The translations under genes were made by a program, and so were the position numbers. The notes under the pieces are model-generated. The model made no database searches, was not told where the DNA came from, and was given only the letters and a program-made list of their open reading frames with translations. DNA of 62,904 nucleotides from contig SIBZ01000003.1 of NCBI GenBank assembly GCA_009694955.1, forward strand, positions 1 through 62,904. The letters run 5' to 3'. The number at the start of each line of letters is the position of its first letter. Positions within the stretch are counted from its first letter, which is position 1. The DNA comes from Candidatus Tayloriibacteriota bacterium (lineage in GTDB: Bacteria; Patescibacteriota; Minisyncoccia; Phycocordibacterales; UBA10002). Below, in pieces: positions 1 through 8,346 of this stretch.

Positions 1-42
1 TTAATCATTGTCCTGTTTTCCGGTTGGCTCATAGTGATCACA

Positions 43-426
43 TTAATTATTAGCTTCGTATAATTCTATTGATATCCCGTTTGGGTCCGTTGTGAAGGTG
101 TAGTACTTGCAACTCGTTCCCTTCTCGATAGGGCCAAATGATAGCCCGCTCTTACTTAAACGCTGTGTTGCTTCTCTGATGTCTTCAACCTTAAATGCTA
201 TGTGACGTAACCCAGTAATTTTCATATCCACCTGGCTGTCCCTTGGTTTCGCCCCATCACTAAACTCGAATAGTTCCAACCGGACATTCTCCCGTTTCAG
301 AAAACAAAATCGCGGACCGTTCAGTTTTTCATATATCCCGTCCAGCACAAAACCAAAGTGCTTTTCATAAAAGCCGACACTCCCTTCCAGATTGTTGACG
401 CTTAGCGCGACGTGGTTGAATTCCAT
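43..426 (-). CDS. VOC (glyoxalase/bleomycin-resistance/dioxygenase) family protein, 127 aa
   Basis: ORF track. FNHVALSV..GSVGFYEKHFGF and GLRHIAFKVEDI look like the two halves of a VOC fold. ATG at 426. Confidence 0.8.
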   Translation of the reverse strand: MEFNHVALSVNNLEGSVGFYEKHFGFVLDGIYEKLNGPRFCFLKRENVRLELFEFSDGAKPRDSQVDMKITGLRHIAFKVEDIREATQRLSKSGLSFGPIEKGTSCKYYTFTTDPNGISIELYEANN

Positions 427-431
427 AGAAT

Positions 432-477
432 AAAAAAGTCCTTACAAAATCACCCCAAAGGATGGTTTTGTAAGGAC
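432..477 (-). terminator. Intrinsic terminator ending 5 nt upstream of the VOC gene ATG
   Basis: 12-bp stem gtccttacaaaa (438..449) / ttttgtaaggac (466..477). It is followed on the minus strand by T6 (plus-strand A-run 432..437). Confidence 0.6.
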
Positions 478-538
478 GTTCTTTGCCTAAACACATTTGT
501 GTCGGCCAAGTGAGCGTGGTGCCACCTTACTTCGCCTT

Positions 539-591
539 CTGTCATTCCTGCGGCGTAGCTACAGCGTAGTAGTCGTAGACTATGCAGGAAT
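539..591. repeat. REP-like palindromic element, copy 1
   Basis: attcctgc (544..551) pairs with gcaggaat (584..591). It shares the 14-mer ctgtcattcctgcg with 4185..4198. Confidence 0.5.
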
Positions 592-737
592 CCAGTCGGT
601 CTCATTCCAAGCTATAACGGGCTTTCCCGGGAGAGTCTACTTGCTTTTGGCGTTCTTTCTCCGGCTCAGCCGTGTCATCGGCTTCGTTGCTTTCCTGTAC
701 TGTACCACAAGCGGGAAAAAATAAAAGTCGGGTTGCG

Positions 738-1040
738 TCAGTGAGTCATATCAAGTAGCCGATGGGCAAATGGCAGAAAGTAATCCCGGAGGGATGCTGC
801 GTCCACTGAAAAATGAGGGTTTTTATTCGGTAGGTCCTCAATCACTTCCCGCAGTATCTTAATTTCAGCACGTTCCGCCTCACGTAGAGGCATTTCGGAA
901 AGCCTTTCAAAAATAGTTTTTGCTCGTTGCAACGCACCTTCGGCGAGTGTCGTATCCCCATTCGCGAGTGCGGATTGCAGACGCGAGACTTCGCTTCCCA
1001 GGTTTGCTACATAAAAGGCACTTGTCCGCGCGGGTATCAT
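738..1040 (-). CDS. Hypothetical protein, 100 aa
   Basis: ORF track. ATG start. ATGA overlap with the upstream gene (1037..1040) suggests translational coupling. No family recognised. Confidence 0.5.
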   Translation of the reverse strand: MIPARTSAFYVANLGSEVSRLQSALANGDTTLAEGALQRAKTIFERLSEMPLREAERAEIKILREVIEDLPNKNPHFSVDAASLRDYFLPFAHRLLDMTH

Positions 1041-1381
1041 TGTATCTTTTTATTAATAATCGTCCTTATTTTCTCCCGAAGTTTTCCGTCTTCAATCAGC
1101 ATGTCCCTATTGTTCTGTGCGGGACGGATGTTGATAAGTGAGGTGAACTCAATCCAGTCGGCACGAGGTCTGTTTAGGTGAATATTAAAACCCCAAACTG
1201 AATTCTGTCGGGAACCGTTCTCTATCAGGCAGACATTCGCATCCATGTGATATTCGCCTCCGAGGGCCAGTATTTCCCGTTCAACATCCACGACACCTTT
1301 TAGCATATCCACATACCATCCACGGGCGAGCTCCGTCAATTCAGCTTGAGAAATTGTTTCGGTTACTATCTTTATTTCCAT
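1037..1381 (-). CDS. Small conserved hypothetical protein, DUF5674-like (family name recalled from memory), 114 aa
   Basis: ORF track. Its ATG overlaps the trpS stop by 1 nt (TAATG). The VVDVEREILALGGEYHMDA..WGFNIHL segment resembles that family. Confidence 0.55.
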   Translation of the reverse strand: MEIKIVTETISQAELTELARGWYVDMLKGVVDVEREILALGGEYHMDANVCLIENGSRQNSVWGFNIHLNRPRADWIEFTSLINIRPAQNNRDMLIEDGKLREKIRTIINKKIQ

Positions 1382-2334
1382 TAGTATAGTTTTACCCCTA
1401 CTTTTTCCCTCACCTCGTCCATTTTTGCCGAGGCTTTTTCTTTGGCGCGTTGACCTCCTTCCTTCAGCATTTTTAGTACGTTTCCCTTATCCCCCTCAAT
1501 CACCTTTCGCTTCTCGCGGAGTGGGCGGGTAAATGCCTTGATATCTTCAATAAGTGCCTCTTTGAGCACCTTGTACTTCCCTTCGTGTTGTTTGTAGAGT
1601 ACCGCAAGCTCGGCTTCGGAGCGGAACAGTGTATGAATCGCGTAGACATTTTTCGGAATACCTCCACTTGAATCAGTGACGATACTCATCACCGCTTTCT
1701 CTATCTCAACGTCCTCGGCAAAAAGCGGAATGGTGTTGTCATAGCTCTTGCTCATCTTTCGTCCGTCAACACCCGGCACCACAGCGACGTTCGGCAGGAT
1801 TTTTACTTCCGGAAGTTTGAATGTCTCACCGTAGAGATTGTTAAACTTCTGCGCGGTATCGCGCGTAATTTCCACGTGCTGTTTTTGGTCCGCGCCTACC
1901 GGCACTACATCAGTGTCGTACAGAAGGATATCCGCGACCATAAGCATCGGATAGTTGAAGAGTCCGACACTTATCTCCTTATTCAGATTCGCTTCCGCTG
2001 CCTTGTAAGCATGCGCACGCGCCAAATAAGGCATTGTCGTGATGGTATCGAATATCCATGCAAGTTCGGTGTGCTCCGATACGTCAGATTGCTTGAAGAT
2101 AACGGACTTTTTCGGGTCAAGGCCGACAGCAAGATAGTCAATAGCTTGGTCGACGATATTCTGCCGTAACACTTTCGCGTCCTGAATCGTATTTAAAGCA
2201 TGATAGTCGGCAATCATGAAAAAACAGTCATGCGCATCCTGCATGTCCACGAATTGTTTCATTGCGCCGAAATAGTTCCCGATATGCGGTCGGCCGGAGG
2301 GCTGTATTCCCGATAGCAGTATCTTTTTTGCCAT
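1381..2334 (-). CDS. trpS: Tryptophanyl-tRNA synthetase
   Basis: Class I motifs PSGRPHIGNY (HIGH) and KMSKS, at a size typical of TrpRS. Start moved to ATG 2334 (MAKKILLSG); the longer track ORF adds a non-homologous extension. Confidence 0.9.
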   Translation of the reverse strand: MAKKILLSGIQPSGRPHIGNYFGAMKQFVDMQDAHDCFFMIADYHALNTIQDAKVLRQNIVDQAIDYLAVGLDPKKSVIFKQSDVSEHTELAWIFDTITTMPYLARAHAYKAAEANLNKEISVGLFNYPMLMVADILLYDTDVVPVGADQKQHVEITRDTAQKFNNLYGETFKLPEVKILPNVAVVPGVDGRKMSKSYDNTIPLFAEDVEIEKAVMSIVTDSSGGIPKNVYAIHTLFRSEAELAVLYKQHEGKYKVLKEALIEDIKAFTRPLREKRKVIEGDKGNVLKMLKEGGQRAKEKASAKMDEVREKVGVKLY

Positions 2335-2514
2335 ACCGCACATAGTAGCAAGAAGAAAGAGTTTTATAAAGCCTCCGATGAGAATATATTGACATTTTAT
2401 AGGGATACGGCATAGAATGAGCTTCGAGGAAACGGGGTTCTTTAAAACTAAAGCCAAGGAATTTCCTCATGGAAAGAACGCTTTGCAACCGCGGAAACGA
2501 AAGGCAACTCACAT

Positions 2515-2868
2515 ATGAAAGCAACGCAAACGAACGGTCGTCAGCTCCGAGAAATGACAATGCACGGGATTAAACTCATCCATGGCGGTACAGAACTGTC
2601 CTGTCGCCTTACGCACAACGCTCGGCACACAGGATTGCTTGTCTTGTTCAACATGGAGGGCGGAGATTTCAAAAATCCGGATGTCCGAATTTCGGTCCAG
2701 GGAAAATCACTGATTGATTCATTCTTCCCTTCAGATGAAGGTACTGTCATTTGGTGCCAACTCAACTCAGGCGAACAACGTTACTACGAGACACGAACCG
2801 GAAAACAACTGACTGAAAAACAACTGCAGAAACAGAAAGCAGATGGAAAAGTTCACTTCATTCAGTGA
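2515..2868 (+). CDS. Hypothetical protein, 117 aa
   Basis: ORF track. One of the few plus-strand ORFs, followed by a hairpin at about 2895..2920. No family recognised. Confidence 0.45.
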   Translation: MKATQTNGRQLREMTMHGIKLIHGGTELSCRLTHNARHTGLLVLFNMEGGDFKNPDVRISVQGKSLIDSFFPSDEGTVIWCQLNSGEQRYYETRTGKQLTEKQLQKQKADGKVHFIQ

Positions 2869-2935
2869 CAACAGCCTCGGCTTTCGTTCGCGGAACACCC
2901 CCTCTCATTAGGGGGTTGTGTATTTAAGGAAGCAT

Positions 2936-4093
2936 ATGAAAAAAAGAATTGCAGTAAAAATCGGTTCAGCAGTGTTGGGAGGTTCGGAAGGCGGTGATAC
3001 CCAGAGTGTCATTGCCGGTTTGGTGGAGGACGTTTCCACGCTGATGAAGCGTGGCTTTGAAGTCGTCATCATTTCATCGGGAGCGGTGAATACAGGAAGG
3101 TCGGCGAAGGCGCTTACCGACCCGAACTTCGATGTCTCCACACCTACCAAGTACGACAAACGACTGCTCCGCGAGCAGATTCTTGCAGCCGTCGGACAGC
3201 CCAAGCTGATGGCGCTCTACATTGTGGAGTTCCAGAAGCATGGCATTGACTGTGCGCAAGTACTGACGACTCGGACGGACTTTGCTGACCGCACGCGCTA
3301 TCTCAGTCTGCGTTACGTCACGGAGGGACTTCTCCGGCACCACATCGTCCCTGTCTTCAACGAGAACGATGTTCTGTCGCCTGAAGAACTTGATTTCAGC
3401 GACAACGACCAGCTCGCGCTCATGACCGCCGCAATGATACTCGCCGACCGGTTGGTCATTCTGACCGATGTGGCGGGGGTCTATGACAAGTCTCCTCTTG
3501 AGGCCGGTGCAGTGCTGATATCAGAAATCACCGATGTAAGCGCGTTTTTGACGAACTTTGAGGCCGGTAAGCATAAGGGCAAAGGGGGCATCAAGAGCAA
3601 GCTCACGACCGCGGAAGTCGTTACCTCACTCGGCATTCCGATGAATATCGCGAGTGGTGCTGAGAAATTGGCGCTCACCAGGATTATCGACGGCGAGAAG
3701 CTCGGTACTTCATTCCCTGCTACAAGTGAGAAGGGGGATCCTGTTAAAAGCTGGCTCGTAACCTCTGCTGCCGGTGAGGGCAGACAAATCGTTGTCAGCA
3801 CCTATCTTGCGGACATACTTCGTCAAGGAGAGAGTCCTGAGAGGAAATCACCCTCGATTCTGCTTGCGGGCATTGAGGAAATTCGCGGTGAGTTCGAAAA
3901 GCGCGACGTCGTCGAGATTGTCGACGATGTCGGTGTTGTGCTCGGCCGTGGGCTTTCCCGCGACTCCAGCAGCAGCTTGCGGAAGAAAATTCCTTGGTAT
4001 CTGGCACTTTCGGATGTCGAAAGGGCGAAGGTGCGTTCGGCGGACATTATCGCCGTACACGCCAATGACCTCGCCTTCGTCAGGCAGCCATAA
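2936..4093 (+). CDS. proB: Glutamate 5-kinase with C-terminal PUA domain
   Basis: RIAVKIGSAVL amino-acid-kinase N-terminus, SDNDQLA motif and a PUA-like C-terminal region. ATG 2936 is preceded by aaggaag; the track start at 2918 is GTG. Confidence 0.9.
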   Translation: MKKRIAVKIGSAVLGGSEGGDTQSVIAGLVEDVSTLMKRGFEVVIISSGAVNTGRSAKALTDPNFDVSTPTKYDKRLLREQILAAVGQPKLMALYIVEFQKHGIDCAQVLTTRTDFADRTRYLSLRYVTEGLLRHHIVPVFNENDVLSPEELDFSDNDQLALMTAAMILADRLVILTDVAGVYDKSPLEAGAVLISEITDVSAFLTNFEAGKHKGKGGIKSKLTTAEVVTSLGIPMNIASGAEKLALTRIIDGEKLGTSFPATSEKGDPVKSWLVTSAAGEGRQIVVSTYLADILRQGESPERKSPSILLAGIEEIRGEFEKRDVVEIVDDVGVVLGRGLSRDSSSSLRKKIPWYLALSDVERAKVRSADIIAVHANDLAFVRQP

Positions 4094-4105
4094 GCAAGAC
4101 GTCAC

Positions 4106-4142
4106 AACTCCTCGCGTCCCAGCGGACGCGAGGAGTTTTTTT
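4106..4142 (+). terminator. Intrinsic terminator of proB
   Basis: 14-bp stem aactcctcgcgtcc / ggacgcgaggagtt followed by T7. Confidence 0.75.
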
Positions 4143-4184
4143 ATGCAATACTGGGAATTACGAAACTATCAACTCTATATGTGT

Positions 4185-4213
4185 CTGTCATTCCTGCGAA
4201 AGCTGGAATGACA
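4185..4213. repeat. REP-like palindromic element, copy 2
   Basis: tgtcattcc (4186..4194) pairs with ggaatgaca (4205..4213). Same 14-mer as 539..552. Confidence 0.5.
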
Positions 4214-4235
4214 CAATATGAACGGAGAGTATAGG

Positions 4236-5501
4236 TTACTTCCGTACCGCTCCGTCGCTTTCAACAAGATATTTATAGGTAGTGAGTTCAGCTGTAGCGA
4301 AAGGTCCCCGTGCGTGCAGTTTCTGGGTACTCACTCCGATTTCCCCTCCAAGACCAAACTCTCCCCCGTCGCTGAATTGTGTAGAGGTGTTTACGTACAA
4401 GCACGCCGCGTCAATACGCAGGAAAAACTCTTCCGTCTGCTTTTTTGAGCGAGTCACAATCGCCTCGCTATGGCCGAGACTGTGCGTTTCTATATGTTGC
4501 ATCGCCCCCTCGAAATCTCCGACGATTTTTACCGCCAGGACATAGTCGAGGAATTCCGTGTCGAAATCAGCCTTCTTCGCGCGCGTCAGATGGACATATC
4601 CACACTGTTTCAGTATTCGGTAACTTTCCGCATCCGCCCGTATTTCGACATTCCGTTTTGAGAGTTCCACCGCCAGCAATCCTAAGACTTCGGATGAAAC
4701 ATCTTTGTGTACGAGTGCCACATCGAGCGCGTTACAGATTGAAACGCGCCGTGTTTTCGCATTAACGATAATCCGTACGGCGTCCGTGATATCAGCGCTT
4801 TTGTCGATATAGGTATGCACGACCGACGCGCCGGTAATAATGACGGGAACCCGCGCGTGCTCCTTCACAAAGGCAATAAGCCCGTGCCCTCCGCGAGGAA
4901 TAAGACAGTCGATAGCCGTATTTTGCATCAGCTCGAGCGTCAGCTCCTTTTCTAGACCGCTTACATCCTTCACCGAATCGGTATGCACGTGCTCCTCGGT
5001 AAGCGCTTTGTGGATAAGCGCAATGAGCGCCTTGTTGGTATGACAAATTTCCTTGCCTCCCTTCAGAAGTAATGCGTTTCCGCTCTTGAACGCAATTGCG
5101 AATGCTTCGATAGTCACATTAGGACGAGACTCGTATATCATCGCGACAAGTCCGAGGGGAAAGCGGACTTTTTTAATATGTAATCCACTAGGTCTTCGGG
5201 TTTCCTCGAGTGTTTCAAAAAGGACATCTTTTGCGTCCGCAATCGTCCGGACCGATTCCGACATTCCCAAAATCTTCCTCTCATCAAGAGACAGTCGTTC
5301 AATAAAGCTCGTGGGCTTGCCGGAGCGCTCCGCCTCCCGTACGTCCTTCTTGTTGGCTTCAATAATCATCAAGGAGTTTTTTGTAAGCGCATCGGCAAGC
5401 TTCGCGAGAACACCACGTCGTTCTTGTGCGGTAAGGGAGAGCAAGCTGGTGCTCGCCTTCTTTGCCCGTGCTATTTCCTTTTTGAGATTATTTAGATTCA
5501 T
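4236..5501 (-). CDS. proA: Gamma-glutamyl phosphate reductase
   Basis: 421 aa. Aldehyde-dehydrogenase-like, with VSICNALD and STQFSDGGEFGLG motifs typical of ProA. Confidence 0.9.
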   Translation of the reverse strand: MNLNNLKKEIARAKKASTSLLSLTAQERRGVLAKLADALTKNSLMIIEANKKDVREAERSGKPTSFIERLSLDERKILGMSESVRTIADAKDVLFETLEETRRPSGLHIKKVRFPLGLVAMIYESRPNVTIEAFAIAFKSGNALLLKGGKEICHTNKALIALIHKALTEEHVHTDSVKDVSGLEKELTLELMQNTAIDCLIPRGGHGLIAFVKEHARVPVIITGASVVHTYIDKSADITDAVRIIVNAKTRRVSICNALDVALVHKDVSSEVLGLLAVELSKRNVEIRADAESYRILKQCGYVHLTRAKKADFDTEFLDYVLAVKIVGDFEGAMQHIETHSLGHSEAIVTRSKKQTEEFFLRIDAACLYVNTSTQFSDGGEFGLGGEIGVSTQKLHARGPFATAELTTYKYLVESDGAVRK

Positions 5502-6309
5502 ATGAAGAAATCTCCTTTGCTCGCCGGTTTGCCTCGGCTATCGCTTGTTTCCACTCTGCGTAGAAATGTGCGACATCAAGTTTCTGTAGTGCCGCTTCGG
5601 TCGTTCCGCCCTTTGATTGTACCTTCAAGATGAGTTCGCTAAAATCAGAATCTTCTTGAGTCGAGGCGTAGGCGAGCGAACCGTGCATCGTCTGTAGCAC
5701 AAGTCGTTTGGCAATCTCCCTGTCGAACCCGAGACTCTCCGCCGACTGTATAAGCGCGTTCGCGAACAGAAACACATACGCAGGGCCCGAGCCGGCAACA
5801 GCCGTGAGTGCGTCAAGCATCTTTTCGTCCGCAAGCGCGATGCTCATGCCGAACACCGAAAACAGTTTTTCGAGGAGCGCATACTCTTCCGCGTCAAACT
5901 CCGTCTTTTTTAGATACCATCCGATAACACCCTCTCCAATCTGTACAGGAAGGTTCGGCATCGTCCGCACTATCCTTGCACCGGGAAATATCTTCCGTAT
6001 GTTTTCGGTGCAAACTCCCGCCATAATGGAAATCACAGTCAGATGTTCCGTATCTGAGCGCTTGAAAGGAATCAGGTTGTAAAAGTCCTGAGGTTTAATA
6101 CAGAGAAATACCACACGGCTTACACCGAATAATTCCTCGGCGGATAAAGCAACATGAGCTCCCGACACGCTACCCACATCACGTGAATATATCGCAAGAG
6201 CCTCTTTTGCACGAAAAGCCGAAAGAGTTCGTATCCGCGTTACGATTGCCCGCCCCATATTTCCATAGCCAAAAATACCGATGGCTGTTTGTATGTTTTT
6301 TCTCTGCAT
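5488..6309 (-). CDS. proC: Pyrroline-5-carboxylate reductase
   Basis: IGIFGYGNMGRAI Rossmann motif and KGGTTEAAL C-terminal motif. Start moved to ATG 6309 (MQRKNIQ). Overlaps the proA start by 14 nt. Confidence 0.85.
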   Translation of the reverse strand: MQRKNIQTAIGIFGYGNMGRAIVTRIRTLSAFRAKEALAIYSRDVGSVSGAHVALSAEELFGVSRVVFLCIKPQDFYNLIPFKRSDTEHLTVISIMAGVCTENIRKIFPGARIVRTMPNLPVQIGEGVIGWYLKKTEFDAEEYALLEKLFSVFGMSIALADEKMLDALTAVAGSGPAYVFLFANALIQSAESLGFDREIAKRLVLQTMHGSLAYASTQEDSDFSELILKVQSKGGTTEAALQKLDVAHFYAEWKQAIAEANRRAKEISSYESK

Positions 6310-6492
6310 ATACCTGTGTATTTGAAGCCTCCGCTTTCCCTCTTGACGTCCACCTTTAGCTCTGTTGACAGTAACACGGCTTACGTCTAGATTGTAGGAG
6401 GCCAAAACAACAATCCTCAAAGAGATGTTCTTTACCATAACACAAAACAAGAGAACTGGGAACATCCTTGGCCATAACCGAAAGACGACCTT

Positions 6493-8223
6493 ATGAAAAT
6501 GACCAAATTATTTCCGCGAACCCGCTACGGCGAGGTTGGCGCGACGACCGCTGCTCATGCCCTCCTTCTGAAGGCTGGCTTCATCAAGCAACTCGCCGTC
6601 GGTTCCTACATTTTGCTTCCGCTCGGTTTTCGGGTGTGGCAGAATGTGCAAAGAATCGTCTGGGATGAGATGGAAGAGAAAGGAGTCCAGAATCTCCAGG
6701 TGCCGATTATGCAACCGAAAGAGCTCTGGGTGAAGAGTGGCAGGTGGCAGAAATACCAAGACGCCAAGACGATGTTCCAAACCACTGAACGCCATTCAGG
6801 CGCCGTGTTTGGACTCGCACCGACTGCCGAAGAGCCCTTAACATGGCTCGCCGGAGAGTCGCAGCTCAGCCACAAAGACCTCCCTCTTTCGTGGCATCAA
6901 ATCGGGTGGAAGTTCCGCGACGAAAAGCGTCCGAGACACGGGCTCCTTCGTTGTCGTGAATTCGATATGTCTGACGGCTACTCATTCGACAAAGACGAAG
7001 TCGGCATGCGTACCAGCTTTGAAATGTTCCGCGAGATTTACCGGTGCATATTCCACAAAGTAGGACTGCGCGACTGCATCTACGTGCAGGCGGACTCAGG
7101 GGCCATCGGCGGTAAAGGTTCCGCCGAGTTTATGGCGCTTTCAGACGAAGGGGGCGAGGATACGCTTCTTACCTGCAGTGATTGCAGTTATGGGGCGAAT
7201 GTGGATAAGGCGGGAAGCATTGTCCCGGAGGCGACACGTCCCGCCGACACATCGGTGGCGTTGCATCTTGAGTACACGCCGACTGCGCGTACTGTCGAAG
7301 AACTCACGGGGCTTTTCCCGGGAGTTGACGCAACGCGGATGGTGAAGACCATCATCTTTACCGTTGACGGAGAGCTTGGTGAGGAGAAGTGGTATCAGGT
7401 TGCGGTATGTATCCGAGGCGACCTCGAAGTGAATGAGGTCAAACTACTCAACGCACTCGGTGCGCAATCCGTGTCTCCTGCTGAGCCGTCTGTTGTCCGA
7501 GCGGTAACGGGAGCAGACGTCGGTTTTGCCGGTCCCATCGGTCTCGAAAATGTACGGGAAATCCTGTTTGACCGTTCGGTGGAAGGTTTGTCCAACTTCC
7601 TGTGCGGGGGAAATAAGTCTGGTTACCACTATCTTGATGTGGTGCCAGGGCGCGATTTCACCGCTCCGAGCCGATTCTACGACCTACATCGAGCAGTTTC
7701 CGGCCATACGTGTCCCGAATGCAAGTGCAGTTTGCTCAGGGAAAGCAGGGGTATCGAGGTCGGACATATCTTTATGCTCCAGACAGGCTATTCATTGAGT
7801 ATGGGCGCAATGTATCGCGGTGAAGACGGTCAGGCACATCCGCTCTGGATGGGATGCTATGGCATCGGCACGACTCGACTGGTACAGGCGATTGCGGAAC
7901 AGAACCGAGACGAAAAAGGCCTCATTTGGCCTGAGTCCGTTGCTCCGTACCTCGTCGAGATTGTTCCGCTTAAGTACGATGACACGCATCAGCAACCGCT
8001 CGCCGACGCTCTGTATGCCGGCCTTAAGGCGCGCGGAACGTCCGTATTGCTTGATGACCGAGCGGTTAGTGCTGGCGTCAAGTTTAAGGACGCTGACCTT
8101 ATCGGTTGTCCATGGCGGGTTACCATCGGCCGGCGCGCTCCGGAAAGTATCGTTGAGCTCTGGAACCGCAGAACCGGTGAGATGGTCGAGATGACTATCC
8201 AGGAAGTTCTCAAGAAAGTCTGA
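6493..8223 (+). CDS. proS: Prolyl-tRNA synthetase (bacterial type with insertion/editing region)
   Basis: 576 aa. Class II motifs (FRDEKRPRHGLLRCREF, GCYGIGTTRL) and a C-terminal anticodon-binding domain. Confidence 0.93.
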   Translation: MKMTKLFPRTRYGEVGATTAAHALLLKAGFIKQLAVGSYILLPLGFRVWQNVQRIVWDEMEEKGVQNLQVPIMQPKELWVKSGRWQKYQDAKTMFQTTERHSGAVFGLAPTAEEPLTWLAGESQLSHKDLPLSWHQIGWKFRDEKRPRHGLLRCREFDMSDGYSFDKDEVGMRTSFEMFREIYRCIFHKVGLRDCIYVQADSGAIGGKGSAEFMALSDEGGEDTLLTCSDCSYGANVDKAGSIVPEATRPADTSVALHLEYTPTARTVEELTGLFPGVDATRMVKTIIFTVDGELGEEKWYQVAVCIRGDLEVNEVKLLNALGAQSVSPAEPSVVRAVTGADVGFAGPIGLENVREILFDRSVEGLSNFLCGGNKSGYHYLDVVPGRDFTAPSRFYDLHRAVSGHTCPECKCSLLRESRGIEVGHIFMLQTGYSLSMGAMYRGEDGQAHPLWMGCYGIGTTRLVQAIAEQNRDEKGLIWPESVAPYLVEIVPLKYDDTHQQPLADALYAGLKARGTSVLLDDRAVSAGVKFKDADLIGCPWRVTIGRRAPESIVELWNRRTGEMVEMTIQEVLKKV

Positions 8224-8248
8224 ACTCGTTTCAGTCCAGTTTCATTCG

Positions 8249-8291
8249 TCCCGTCTTGCGACTCCCTCACGGAGTTGCGGACGGGATTTTT
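8249..8291 (+). terminator. Intrinsic terminator of proS
   Basis: tcccgtc / gacggga outer stem with an inner actcc/ggagt stem, then T5. Confidence 0.6.
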
Positions 8292-8346
8292 GTTTACATC
8301 CTTAAAGGATTGCAAATAGGGATTGCTGAGTAAAAAGCCTGGGTCT

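Noticed and set aside
497-724. 75-aa plus-strand ORF in the gap upstream of the VOC gene
   Set aside because: It has a TTG start only, runs through the REP-like palindrome, and has no SD. The region reads better as non-coding leader on the minus strand.
478-737. Possible SRP RNA, RNase P RNA or tmRNA
   Set aside because: I looked for GGAAAGTCC/ACAGAA..CCGGCTTA (RNase P), the GNRA-capped AGCA domain IV motif (SRP), and a tRNA-like CCA end or tag ORF (tmRNA). There were only loose resemblances (for example gacagaaggcg and acaggaaagcaacgaagcc) with no supporting pairings.
2335-2457. N-terminal extensions of track ORFs (trpS to 2457, proC to 6465, speH to 12647, HAD to 13559, rpsM to 24587, infA to 25121, atpF to 54440, atpB to 55735, purD to 47632, LAGLIDADG to 46261, membrane protein to 61439)
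   Set aside because: The extensions are non-homologous, often hydrophobic or odd in composition, and overlap upstream genes or terminators. Internal ATGs restore canonical N-termini.
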